The notes under the pieces are model-generated. The model saw nothing but the letters and a program-made list of their open reading frames with translations, did not search any database and had not been told where the DNA came from. Shown here piece by piece: positions 1 through 8,682 of a stretch of DNA of 35,574 bases. The number at the start of each line of letters is the position of its first letter. Positions within the stretch are counted from its first letter, which is position 1. A program made the translations under genes and the position numbers. The stretch is from Anaerolineae bacterium (GTDB lineage: Bacteria; Chloroflexota; Anaerolineae; Aggregatilineales; UBA3940), in NCBI GenBank assembly GCA_016927375.1, contig JAFGMS010000139.1, forward strand, positions 1 to 35,574. The letters are read 5' to 3'.

Positions 1-140
1 ACATCGAAGATGTAACGCATAACATCGTGAGTGCTGCGACAACCGTGAACTGGACATTGATTAACTGCTCACTGACACCTGAGCACTAATAACTCAAGAT
101 CGACTTTTACTCTTTTGAGATACCAAGGACAATCATAACC

Positions 141-536
141 ATGGCAAAAATCCTGGTCGTTGACGACGATCCCGATATGGTTCTGGCGGCCCGCCTGTGC
201 CTGGAGCGTGCCGGGCACCAGGTCGTTGAAGCCAAGAACGGAGATGAAGGGCTGGCGAAGGTCAAAAGCGACGAGCCCGATCTGATCATCCTTGACGTCA
301 TGATGAACACCACGACTGAAGGATTTCAGGTTGCGCACAAGCTGCGCAGCCCGGACCCCAAGTCGGAGTATGCGGTCTACAAAGACATCCCCATTGTTCT
401 ATTGACGGCAATCCACTCCACGTCGCCGGTTCGTCTTGCCCCTGAAAAGGATTACCTGCCGGTCGATGCTTTCATTGACAAGCCCATCGATCCGGATAAG
501 CTGGTAGAAGAGGTTGAGAAGCTCATCAAGAAATAG
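141..536 (+). CDS. Single-domain response regulator (CheY-like receiver)
   Basis: ILVVDDD acidic pocket, DLIILDVMM phosphoacceptor Asp, LLTA and IDKP motifs; AAGGA RBS upstream. Confidence 0.95.
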   Translation: MAKILVVDDDPDMVLAARLCLERAGHQVVEAKNGDEGLAKVKSDEPDLIILDVMMNTTTEGFQVAHKLRSPDPKSEYAVYKDIPIVLLTAIHSTSPVRLAPEKDYLPVDAFIDKPIDPDKLVEEVEKLIKK

Positions 537-581
537 GTGGGCCGGTGACGTTGGCCCACCCGACCCCGGAATGAGGTCTGT

Positions 582-2468
582 ATGACCGGAAGTCCCAACC
601 CGGCCAGTCTCTTCGAGACAGCTCAGCGCTTCTTCGATGCGGCCTACTGGGCATCGCTGCTCAAGAGCGATATCGTAGGCAACAGTCTCCGGCTGATCCT
701 GACTCGTTGGGTAGCCGGGATTATGGTTTTGGCTGCCACAGCGGTTTGCATTCACATCCTGATGCTGCCACTGCCGGCTTCCCAGCTTTACATCATCGGC
801 GTCGTCATCCTGATCTATAACATCCCCCTCACCTGGTCGGTGCTGCGAATCCGGGAACTCGATGAGCCCGAGCGAGAGGTGCGGATACGCCGTTTGGTTA
901 CCATCCAGGTGGTCCTGGACTGGGTAAGCATGTCTTTCTTCGTCCACCTGACAGGCGGCATCTCCAGCCCGGCTATCCCCTTCTTTCTGATCCATATGTT
1001 GATGGTCACCATCTTGCTGCCGGGCCAATCGCCCTATATCTACCTGGCATCGGGCATTGGAGCCTTGGGCCTCGTTGCCGTATTGGAGCAAACCGGCATT
1101 CTGCCGCACTATACCGTCATTCCCGGCTTACCGTCCTCGCTCCACACCAATCTTCTGTATATTGCTGCGCAGATGGTTTTTATCTCTACCGCCGCCTTTG
1201 CGACGGTCTACCTGGTATCAAACATTGTCAGCCGGCTTCGCATAAGAGAGCGGCAGATAGCGACATTGTTGCAAACATCCCAGGCAGTTTCTTCGACTCT
1301 CAGCTTGCAGGAGGTGATGGACCGCCTGGCTCACAATGCTGCCGGGGCGCTTTCGATGCCCGGCGCGTCCATTCGCCTGCTTGACGAGAGCGGCCGGCAG
1401 CTGCGAATGGCCGCATCCTACGGCCTCAGCCGGAGCTACATGGACAAGGGTGTAGTAGACCTTTCACGCAGCCGGGTAGATCAGGAAGCGCTGGAAGGCC
1501 ATTGGGTGATTATCGATGACGTGACAGCCGATTTGCGTCTTCAATATCCCCAACAGGTGCTCGAAGAGGGTATTCGCAGCATGATGGTGGCTCCCATCAT
1601 TGGGCAGAGCGGCGCGCTGGGCATCCTGCGGGTCTATTCCCATCAACCAGGTGCCTTCGATGATGAAGAGGCTGCCTTCGTTATGGCGATTGCGCAGCAA
1701 GGGGCATCTGCATTGGAAAATGCCCTGGCTCATGACGCTCTTCGCAAAGCCGATCAGGAACGTGCCGAGTTCGTCAGGATCGTCACGCATGAGCTTCGCT
1801 CGCCGGTTACCGGTGCCCAGAGCCTGCTCAGAACCCTGATCCGGGGCATGGCCGGCGATCTCAGCGAGACACAGCAAGACATCCTTTCACGGATCGAGCG
1901 GCGGCTCGATGTGCTGATCAATCTGATCAACGATCTGCTCGATCTGGCAGCCAGCAAAACCACCATGATCAAGGAGGTGGTCGAGCCTCTTCCGCTCCAA
2001 CCGGTCGTCCGGCAAGTGATCGAGACGCTGTCAACCCAGGCAGATGAAAAGCACATCGATGTGCAATACGATGCGCCTGATGAGGAGCTAATCGTCACCG
2101 CAGGCCCAGATGGGCTGGCACGCATCTTCGAGAACTTGATCGGCAATGCCATCAAATATACGCCCAATGGTGGCAGCGTGAGGGTCACGGTGGAAAAAGC
2201 ATCTGCCGGGGTCATCATCACGATAGCCGATACCGGGATTGGCATCCCACAAGACGATCTTCCTAACCTGTGGAATGAATTTTTCCGCGCGCGCAACGCC
2301 CGCGAGTCGCAGATCATGGGCACCGGACTGGGTTTGAGCATTGTCAAGCGGCTGGTCGAACGTTACAAGGGAACCATCAGTGTATGTAGTGATGAGGGGA
2401 AAGGCACAGAGTTCAGCGTCAGGCTGCCGGCAAATCACCCTGCCGAGCCACATAAGCATGAAGAATAG
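582..2468 (+). CDS. Membrane sensor histidine kinase (multi-TM + GAF + HisKA + HATPase)
   Basis: Hydrophobic N-terminal helices, GAF segment, H-box THELRSP, N-box ENLIGNAIKY, DTGIGI and GTGLGL. Confidence 0.95.
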   Translation: MTGSPNPASLFETAQRFFDAAYWASLLKSDIVGNSLRLILTRWVAGIMVLAATAVCIHILMLPLPASQLYIIGVVILIYNIPLTWSVLRIRELDEPEREVRIRRLVTIQVVLDWVSMSFFVHLTGGISSPAIPFFLIHMLMVTILLPGQSPYIYLASGIGALGLVAVLEQTGILPHYTVIPGLPSSLHTNLLYIAAQMVFISTAAFATVYLVSNIVSRLRIRERQIATLLQTSQAVSSTLSLQEVMDRLAHNAAGALSMPGASIRLLDESGRQLRMAASYGLSRSYMDKGVVDLSRSRVDQEALEGHWVIIDDVTADLRLQYPQQVLEEGIRSMMVAPIIGQSGALGILRVYSHQPGAFDDEEAAFVMAIAQQGASALENALAHDALRKADQERAEFVRIVTHELRSPVTGAQSLLRTLIRGMAGDLSETQQDILSRIERRLDVLINLINDLLDLAASKTTMIKEVVEPLPLQPVVRQVIETLSTQADEKHIDVQYDAPDEELIVTAGPDGLARIFENLIGNAIKYTPNGGSVRVTVEKASAGVIITIADTGIGIPQDDLPNLWNEFFRARNARESQIMGTGLGLSIVKRLVERYKGTISVCSDEGKGTEFSVRLPANHPAEPHKHEE

Positions 2469-2577
2469 CCTCAGTAGCGGTCAGGTTGGTAAGGCGGCGG
2501 CGTGGGCTGCCGGCTCGATCCATTTTGCGCGGCTTGGCCATCGAGACGATGCAGGTGGAGGGTATTTAATATTTGGC

Positions 2578-2594
2578 GTAACTACTCAGCTATC
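2578..2594. repeat. Solo terminal-repeat motif of the GTAACTACTCAG MITE family
   Basis: GTAACTACTCAGCTATC is the exact reverse complement of 22036-22052 (GATAGCTGAGTAGTTAC). Confidence 0.7.
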
Positions 2595-2818
2595 AGTGGG
2601 TAGGTTGGGTCGAGGATGCGACCGGTCTCATGATGCCGTCGCCGCCCTTGCCATTTATCCGCATCTTACCAATCGACTGTCTTACCGCTGGTGATCGCTT
2701 GTTGATCCGCAACTCTCGCCGGGGGGTAGGGTTATCCTCCGCCGAGCAATCGCCCGGTAGCTTCAATAGAGGATAGCAATGCCATTGTCCTGCTGATCAA
2801 GATGCAAATCTGCAGTGC

Positions 2819-3155
2819 TCAGGGGTGGTTGTTGGGATTATCGGTTGCCAACCCCTCGGAGGACGCCATGGCTGACAGCCGATTGTCGGCACAGACGAAG
2901 ACCAACCAGGGCAGATAATCCCCCGGCAATAAGCACAGTGTTGCTTTCGAGTGCTGATGCAAGCTGCACCGAGTCGTATGCGCGGAGAGAATGCTTCTCT
3001 AACAGGTCCTTGGCGCGTGCTGCGATCTGGTGGCTGAAACCAATCCCTATATAGTGGATATCGGCATAACGATCCAATACCTGGCGTATGGCATGGGCAT
3101 GGGCTGCAGAGAGATGTCCTTCACGAGCCCTGCGATTCAAACCACAGATTTCAGT
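2819..3155 (-). pseudogene. VapC-like PIN-domain toxin relic (5'-truncated, frameshifted)
   Basis: Minus strand reads ...LNRRAREG...LLEKHSLRAYDSVQLASAL...GLSAL, then after a 4-bp duplication (ACCAACCA, 2901-2908) continues in another frame as VFVCADNRLSAMASSEGLATDNPNNHP-stop, a typical VapC C-terminus; the N-terminus is replaced by the element at 3156-3366. Confidence 0.8.
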
Positions 3156-3366
3156 TAGCACCCGGAAATAACATGGACAAGCCGGCCAAGCCCGGTTGGC
3201 GCTCACAACCTTGCCCCTGAGAAACGTGGCAGCTCGATACGCGATCTGCGGCCCCTCTCCGCCCGGCGGCACAGAGGGGGACGTCGCCGGCATAGCTATC
3301 GGCCACCGTTGCAGGGGGTGAGGTTCAGTGCCTCTCATCTATCAACCACGCTATTCTCACGTGCTG
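3156..3366 (-). mobile_element. ~210-bp structured dispersed repeat, copy A (MITE-like or ncRNA)
   Basis: Reverse complement aligns end to end with 27839-28046 (about 85% by eye); imperfect terminal inverted repeats; internal hairpins. Confidence 0.75.
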
Positions 3367-3617
3367 CCCCACATTTATCTCAATTGTTAAGGTACACCAC
3401 CCAGATTACCATTACCTCGCTTGCTCCCGACATCAGCTACTGACCTTCAATCGTCATCACTAGCATCGAAAATGAGGTACATTGGGTGTGAGATGTCGTT
3501 TGTGATGAAGATCTCTCCGTGTTACGCGTGGGACCGTGCCGTTACTCTTGTTACCCGGCCTTTGTTTGTTGGAGAATGATAAAACCCTTCCCAACATGCT
3601 GGACCACAACAAATACC

Positions 3618-3626
3618 TGGTATAAT
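3618..3626 (+). promoter_or_regulatory. Extended -10 promoter for the phosphoesterase
   Basis: TGgTATAAT 24 bp upstream of ATG 3651. Confidence 0.55.
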
Positions 3627-3650
3627 CGTCACCCTGGAAAGGCACCTGAC

Positions 3651-4148
3651 ATGAAACTGGGCATCCTATCCGACACCCATGACAACCTGGAGAACACGCG
3701 CCGCGCGCTCGATGTCTTCAGGCAGCACGATGTCGAGCAGATCATCCACTGCGGCGATATCACTATCCCCCCCATTGTGGCGCTTTTTGGAGAGTGGCCG
3801 GTTGTCTTTGTCTTCGGCAACCTGGATCGAGGACATGCAGAGCTGGCAGCTGCCGTCAAGCGGTTATCGGGAACGTGCAGTATTGGTTTCGAATACGCGG
3901 GCAACCTTGGAGGATCATCGATAGCCGTCTATCACGGCAACGATGATGAGTATCTTGCCTCATTGATTTCAAGCAGCCGCTACGACTATGTCTTCCATGG
4001 GCATACCCATCGACGGCGCGATGATACAGTTGGGCGGACACGAGTGATCAACCCTGGAGCGCTGGGCGGGCGAGGAAGGGCACGCTCTGTGTGCGTGCTC
4101 ACCCTACCCAATGGGCCGGCCAGGTTCATCGACATCGATGAGATATAG
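3651..4148 (+). CDS. YfcE/MJ0936-family metallophosphoesterase
   Basis: SDTH, HCGD, GNLD, HGHTH and NPG motifs; start moved to ATG 3651 (MKLGILSDTH) with AAAGG RBS. Confidence 0.92.
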   Translation: MKLGILSDTHDNLENTRRALDVFRQHDVEQIIHCGDITIPPIVALFGEWPVVFVFGNLDRGHAELAAAVKRLSGTCSIGFEYAGNLGGSSIAVYHGNDDEYLASLISSSRYDYVFHGHTHRRRDDTVGRTRVINPGALGGRGRARSVCVLTLPNGPARFIDIDEI

Positions 4149-4152
4149 AGAG

Positions 4153-4183
4153 CACCAAGAGAAGAGAACCTCTTGGTGATTTT
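4153..4183 (+). terminator. Probable intrinsic terminator
   Basis: CACCAAGAG...CTCTTGGTG stem followed by ATTTT just after the stop at 4148. Confidence 0.5.
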
Positions 4184-4250
4184 CGACGCTCCTTCTATAC
4201 TCTACATGGTCTTGAGTTCTCGATCCATGTTGTAGCGTAAAGAGGCTAAA

Positions 4251-5210
4251 ATGCGTACTTTTCTTAACCGTCGACAAGGTACGTCTGTCCTGATTATCAC
4301 ACTGCTGGCTTTCACACTAGCCTGCAATACACCCATCGGTGCTGCTCCGACTGCAACCGAGACCCCCATGCCGTCATCCACGCCGACCGAGGTTCTCCCT
4401 TCGGCTACGCCGACGATCACCCTGACCGTCGAGCCAACTGCCACTACAGCGCCGGAGGAGCCTACATCTACCCCCGAGCCCACCAGTACATTTGTCCCGC
4501 CGGTTGTGCCTGCTCCTAACGCAGAGTATGAGGGCATTAGTTTCTATCGGGACAATAAGCTGGCCGCCACCTGGTCAGTTGAAATTATACCCGCCGATAT
4601 CCCCGACACCGGCGTGCCGGAGGCCTGGCTGGTACCTTCACATTATTACTTTGTACTGGATGGCTACCCTTTAGCCAGCACACTCTACAAGCCACAGATT
4701 TACGTTTTCCCTGTCCGCAATTTTGAAGACTATAACACAGCCGGGATGGAGATAATTGCTCAGATGCAGGCCTTTCTCAAGGAACCCCCTACCAGCGTCT
4801 CTGGTGAGATTCCTTTCTTTCCGATTTTCAACGCCGCCCAGACCATGCAGACACAAATTGCCCTTCTTAACTTCCAAAACGGCAGTGGTGTGCGCTTCCT
4901 GACGCAATATGCCCAGGCCGCCATTCCGATCAACAGCCACGAGATGTTCTATACCTTTCAGGGCATCACCAATGATGGTCAATATTACGTTTCGGTGATT
5001 ATGCCTGCCGCACACGCCAGCCTTCCGGCCAACCCGCCAGCCAATGCCTCAGAATACCCTGGCGGGGACCCGGATGCATTTGCCAACAACTTCTCTAACT
5101 ATATCGATGATATTGAGTTGCAGCTGAACAATGCCAGCCTATCGAGCTTCACCCCTGATTTGGAGATGCTCGATGTGTTGGTGCAGTCACTAACCATCCG
5201 GCCGCAGTGA
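4251..5210 (+). CDS. Secreted lipoprotein with Pro/Thr-rich linker, function unknown
   Basis: Signal peptide with lipobox TLA-C, PT-rich linker, globular C-terminal domain. Confidence 0.85.
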   Translation: MRTFLNRRQGTSVLIITLLAFTLACNTPIGAAPTATETPMPSSTPTEVLPSATPTITLTVEPTATTAPEEPTSTPEPTSTFVPPVVPAPNAEYEGISFYRDNKLAATWSVEIIPADIPDTGVPEAWLVPSHYYFVLDGYPLASTLYKPQIYVFPVRNFEDYNTAGMEIIAQMQAFLKEPPTSVSGEIPFFPIFNAAQTMQTQIALLNFQNGSGVRFLTQYAQAAIPINSHEMFYTFQGITNDGQYYVSVIMPAAHASLPANPPANASEYPGGDPDAFANNFSNYIDDIELQLNNASLSSFTPDLEMLDVLVQSLTIRPQ

Positions 5211-5430
5211 CCAAACCTTGGGGAGAAAGTTAGAAGAGGTCAAACTCAGCGTCGCTAAATCTGACTGTCAAAACGCAAATACATACTTGGACTTTAGACA
5301 AACGGATATAACTCACCAAAAGGAAGGCAAGAGCAAAACTGACAAAAATAGGATTTAGAAGCGAGAGGAAAGCGTCAGGCAGCCTTTTTGATAACCGGAC
5401 GACGTTCCAGAGGCTTCAAACGAGCGCCTT

Positions 5431-5631
5431 TAGAGCATGTTTTAGAAGTCTGGGTTGGTCTTGACAAAGGCAGAAATAGTATTCCATGCCTGAAGGTGTT
5501 GATGAAGAGATTGATGGGTGATGGGCCTTTCTGTCTGCCCCATCACCCAAATGATTTGCTTTTAATCGTCCATCACCCATTGCTCAAAACTATGCGATGA
5601 CCGCAACATCAAACTTCTAAAAAACGCTCTA
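5431..5631. mobile_element. ~200-bp MITE-like element with 19-bp terminal inverted repeats
   Basis: TAGAGCATGTTTTAGAAGT (5431-5449) vs reverse complement of 5613-5631 (TAGAGCGTTTTTTAGAAGT): 17/19 match, TA at both ends; internal inverted GGGTGATGG/CCATCACCC motifs. Confidence 0.7.
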
Positions 5632-5775
5632 AATGTGACCAATCACCGGTATCTGCTAACGAGGAGTTTCCTGCTATCAGGCCTGGTTGTCATTGGTCAT
5701 TTTATTTGCTGCCCATCGCTCATGAGCTCATCTGTATCGAGATCGGCTAAGCGGTTATGCCTTTCGCTGACTGTT

Positions 5776-5792
5776 GATAGCTGAGTAACTGC
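5776..5792. repeat. Degenerate solo terminal motif of the GTAACTACTCAG family
   Basis: GATAGCTGAGTAACTGC vs GATAGCTGAGTAGTTAC at 22036-22052 (14/17). Confidence 0.5.
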
Positions 5793-6046
5793 TTTGCAAA
5801 TAGCAAGTTAGACGGTACTGCACCATCAGTGATGGCGAGGCTCGCTGGGCAGCCCAAAGCCTTGCGGCGTAAGCAAGAGTGGGACGGGAAAGCGGGCCGC
5901 AAGAAGCTTCCTTGAAAAAACATAGGGAGGGGCTAATCAGAGAGAAACATTATGGCTCTAACTCATAATTACCCGAATCCCCCTAAAATGCAATACAATA
6001 GAGGGGATACTTCACAGAATACACGGAACCATGAAGGAACAACCCG

Positions 6047-7843
6047 ATGGCGGATTCTCCCCTCTCAGGCAAAAAGATCGTAGCTTTACTGGCTAACGCC
6101 CGTCAAACCATCGATCTTCTCAAGAGCCAGCTGCGTGCCGGGATGGTAGAGCAAGATTACTGGATGGAACGGTTGGACGATCTGGGTGCCCTGATGAATA
6201 CAGTGACTCAGGAGCATGCTACCAGTGATGAGCAAAGCCGGTTAGCAGCGTTGTATGACGTTAGTAGGCTGATTGGCTCCTCGTTGGACCTGGAAGAAGT
6301 GCTGAACCAGGTTATGGACGCCATCATCCAGCTTACAGGTGCAGAGCGCGGCTTTCTCATGTTGTTTGACGAAAAAGGCGAGTTAGAGGTCAAAGCCGCA
6401 CGCAACCTTGCCAAAGAAACCTTAGAAGAAGAGGAATTCGCTATCAGCCGCAGCGTCATCCGCATTGTAGCCGAGACCGGTGAACAAGTCGTTACAACTG
6501 ACGCTACTGAAGACCCTCGCTTTGCAAGTCAGGCCAGTGTAGTGGCACACAGTCTCCGCTCCATTCAGTGCGTCCCTCTGCGCGTGCGGGGCAAAATTAT
6601 TGGTGTGGTTTATGTCGATAACCGCGTCCGTACGGGGGTCTTCGATGAAGCTGACCTGGAGATGCTTAGTGCCTTTGCATCCCAGGCGGCCGTGGCCATT
6701 GAGAATGCCCGGCTGTTTACGCGGACAGATGAGGCGCTGGCTGCTCGTGTCGGCGAGCTGTCCATCATGCAAGAAATTGACCGGCAACTCAATGAGACGC
6801 TTGACTTTAGCAAGGTCATGAATCTCACACTCGATTGGGCAGCACGTGTGACCCATTCTGATAACGGTGCAATCGGTCTGATAGACATCGAGCAGGAGGG
6901 AATGCATATTATAGCTCAACATGGGAGCGCTCCTTCTGCTGCGGTCGCGTTGCTGGATGGTACTGAGAAAGCAAATGGCACAAGTGGGCTGACAATACCT
7001 ATCCAGCGTGAAGGCCGGATGATCGGAATGATCGCTCTGGAACATGGGGGAGAGCGCGAATACACCTCAGAACACTGTGACTTCTTAGCCCGTTTGGCGG
7101 ATCATGCTGCAATATCAATCGAGAACGCCCGGCTCTATGATGCGGTCCAGCAGGCAAACACAGCCAAGACCGAATTCATCTCCACCGTCACACATGAGTT
7201 GCGTATCCCGATGACATCTATCAAGGGATATACAGAGATGATCGGCATGATGGGGCAGCTTTCTGAGCAGCAAAAGAGCTTCCTCTCGATCATCCGCAAC
7301 AACATTGACCGGATGACTGTGCTGGTGAGCGACTTGAGCGACATTTCTCGGATTGAGAGTGGCCGCCTTAAGTTGGAGATCGAAGACAATGTCAATTTGG
7401 AGCATGTCGTAAGTGAATTGCTTCCATCCATGCGCAGCGAGATCGATCAGCGACGACACAACGTAAAGATCGACATCCCCCGCAATCTCCCCGCAGTGCG
7501 TACCGATCCACAGCGTCTGACACAGATTCTGGTCAATCTGATCAGCAATGCTTATAAGTACACCCCCAACGGCGGTAAGATCATCGTACGGGCAAGAAAA
7601 GAAAGCGATCAAGTGCGTTGTGAGGTCACCGACACAGGAGTTGGTATGACATCTGAGGAGGTAGGAAAGCTGTTTACCAAGTTCTGGCGTGCCGACGACC
7701 CACATGTACGCGAACAGCCAGGCACGGGGCTGGGGTTGACAATCGCTAAGAATCTGATCGAGCTACAGGGCGGAGAGCTGGCTGTCAAGAGCCAAAAAGG
7801 CTCTGGTACAACTTTCTCGTTTACCCTTCCGTTAAGTGGGTAG
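6047..7843 (+). CDS. Cytoplasmic GAF-GAF sensor histidine kinase
   Basis: Two GAF repeats ending AIENARL, H-box THELRIP, NLISNAYKY, DTGVG, GTGLGL; no TM helix. Confidence 0.95.
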   Translation: MADSPLSGKKIVALLANARQTIDLLKSQLRAGMVEQDYWMERLDDLGALMNTVTQEHATSDEQSRLAALYDVSRLIGSSLDLEEVLNQVMDAIIQLTGAERGFLMLFDEKGELEVKAARNLAKETLEEEEFAISRSVIRIVAETGEQVVTTDATEDPRFASQASVVAHSLRSIQCVPLRVRGKIIGVVYVDNRVRTGVFDEADLEMLSAFASQAAVAIENARLFTRTDEALAARVGELSIMQEIDRQLNETLDFSKVMNLTLDWAARVTHSDNGAIGLIDIEQEGMHIIAQHGSAPSAAVALLDGTEKANGTSGLTIPIQREGRMIGMIALEHGGEREYTSEHCDFLARLADHAAISIENARLYDAVQQANTAKTEFISTVTHELRIPMTSIKGYTEMIGMMGQLSEQQKSFLSIIRNNIDRMTVLVSDLSDISRIESGRLKLEIEDNVNLEHVVSELLPSMRSEIDQRRHNVKIDIPRNLPAVRTDPQRLTQILVNLISNAYKYTPNGGKIIVRARKESDQVRCEVTDTGVGMTSEEVGKLFTKFWRADDPHVREQPGTGLGLTIAKNLIELQGGELAVKSQKGSGTTFSFTLPLSG

Positions 7844-7891
7844 CATCGGCGATCTTGTGGTTAGAGGCAAGGGTTTCCTGCGGAGAGTCCG

Positions 7892-8569
7892 ATGAAAAAG
7901 AAGAGATCAACACGTCACAATCTTTTAGTCTATTCTCGCCTTGGTCAGCGTCTGCGAACAGCCCCTTTCCTGATCGTAATCTTCGGGTCGATTTTGCTGT
8001 TTATGGGATGGCTGCCAAATCACTCAAGTGTCCAGGGAATCAACGTTGAGCTGCTGAAGACACTATGGGAAGGGCGGATACTTCTCATTGTTGTCATTTT
8101 GTGCAGCCTGGCGCTCTTTGTGTTGACGATCATCATTGGACGCGGCAGCTATGTTCAGGTACGCGCGGTAACACTACACATCCGGGCCGGGCTATTGGCG
8201 GTCAATATTTCTTATAAGCGGATCCGGCAGATCAGATTGGGCCAGCTTGCAGCACAGCACCCTGAAGAAACCCTGCGCGGAAGTGATTGGGCACTGATCG
8301 AGCCTCTCCTTGGACAGCCTTGCACTGTGGTTGATATCAGCTCGTGGCCCTGGCCAGGAAAAAAGTGGCTTCACAAACTGTGGAGCAAATTTATGTTCAC
8401 CCACGATGGTAACAGCCTGCTGTTTGTTGTCAAGGATGCTATGGTTCTCAACCAGCAGATCGATGGCCGGCTTGCGGCTCTTCAGTCAAGCGCCAAAAAA
8501 GGCAGATATGTCGATCCCCTTGCAAGGGCCATCCAGGCAGAGCGTAAACAAAGAGGACAGCGGCGCTAG
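7892..8569 (+). CDS. Hypothetical membrane protein (2 TM + soluble C-terminal domain)
   Basis: 225-aa ORF co-oriented with the kinase, GGAG RBS, two hydrophobic segments. Confidence 0.75.
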   Translation: MKKKRSTRHNLLVYSRLGQRLRTAPFLIVIFGSILLFMGWLPNHSSVQGINVELLKTLWEGRILLIVVILCSLALFVLTIIIGRGSYVQVRAVTLHIRAGLLAVNISYKRIRQIRLGQLAAQHPEETLRGSDWALIEPLLGQPCTVVDISSWPWPGKKWLHKLWSKFMFTHDGNSLLFVVKDAMVLNQQIDGRLAALQSSAKKGRYVDPLARAIQAERKQRGQRR

Positions 8570-8638
8570 TACTTTGCAGCGGAAATCTGTATCCAGTCGA
8601 GAAGTGCAGCGCAAAGTACTTTCGATTGAAGTTTTTAT

Positions 8639-8663
8639 AGGGTGGGTTAAGCCACCCTTTTTT
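8639..8663 (+). terminator. Intrinsic terminator
   Basis: AGGGTGG-GTTAAG-CCACCCT stem-loop followed by a T run. Confidence 0.7.
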
Positions 8664-8682
8664 GTGATGAATAGGGGCGCGG

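Noticed and set aside
2838-3338. 166-aa ORF as an intact gene
   Set aside because: The N-terminal part is read from the ~210-bp repeat and the C-terminus is out of frame relative to the VapC relic.
3440-3490. MYLIFDAS on the minus strand as the displaced VapC N-terminus
   Set aside because: The frame closes after 11 codons and lacks the expected SALVK-like continuation; likely chance.
8568-8663. c-di-GMP riboswitch call from GCGGAAA/CGCAAAG words
   Set aside because: The required stems and spacing could not be built by eye; left as an unclassified structure.
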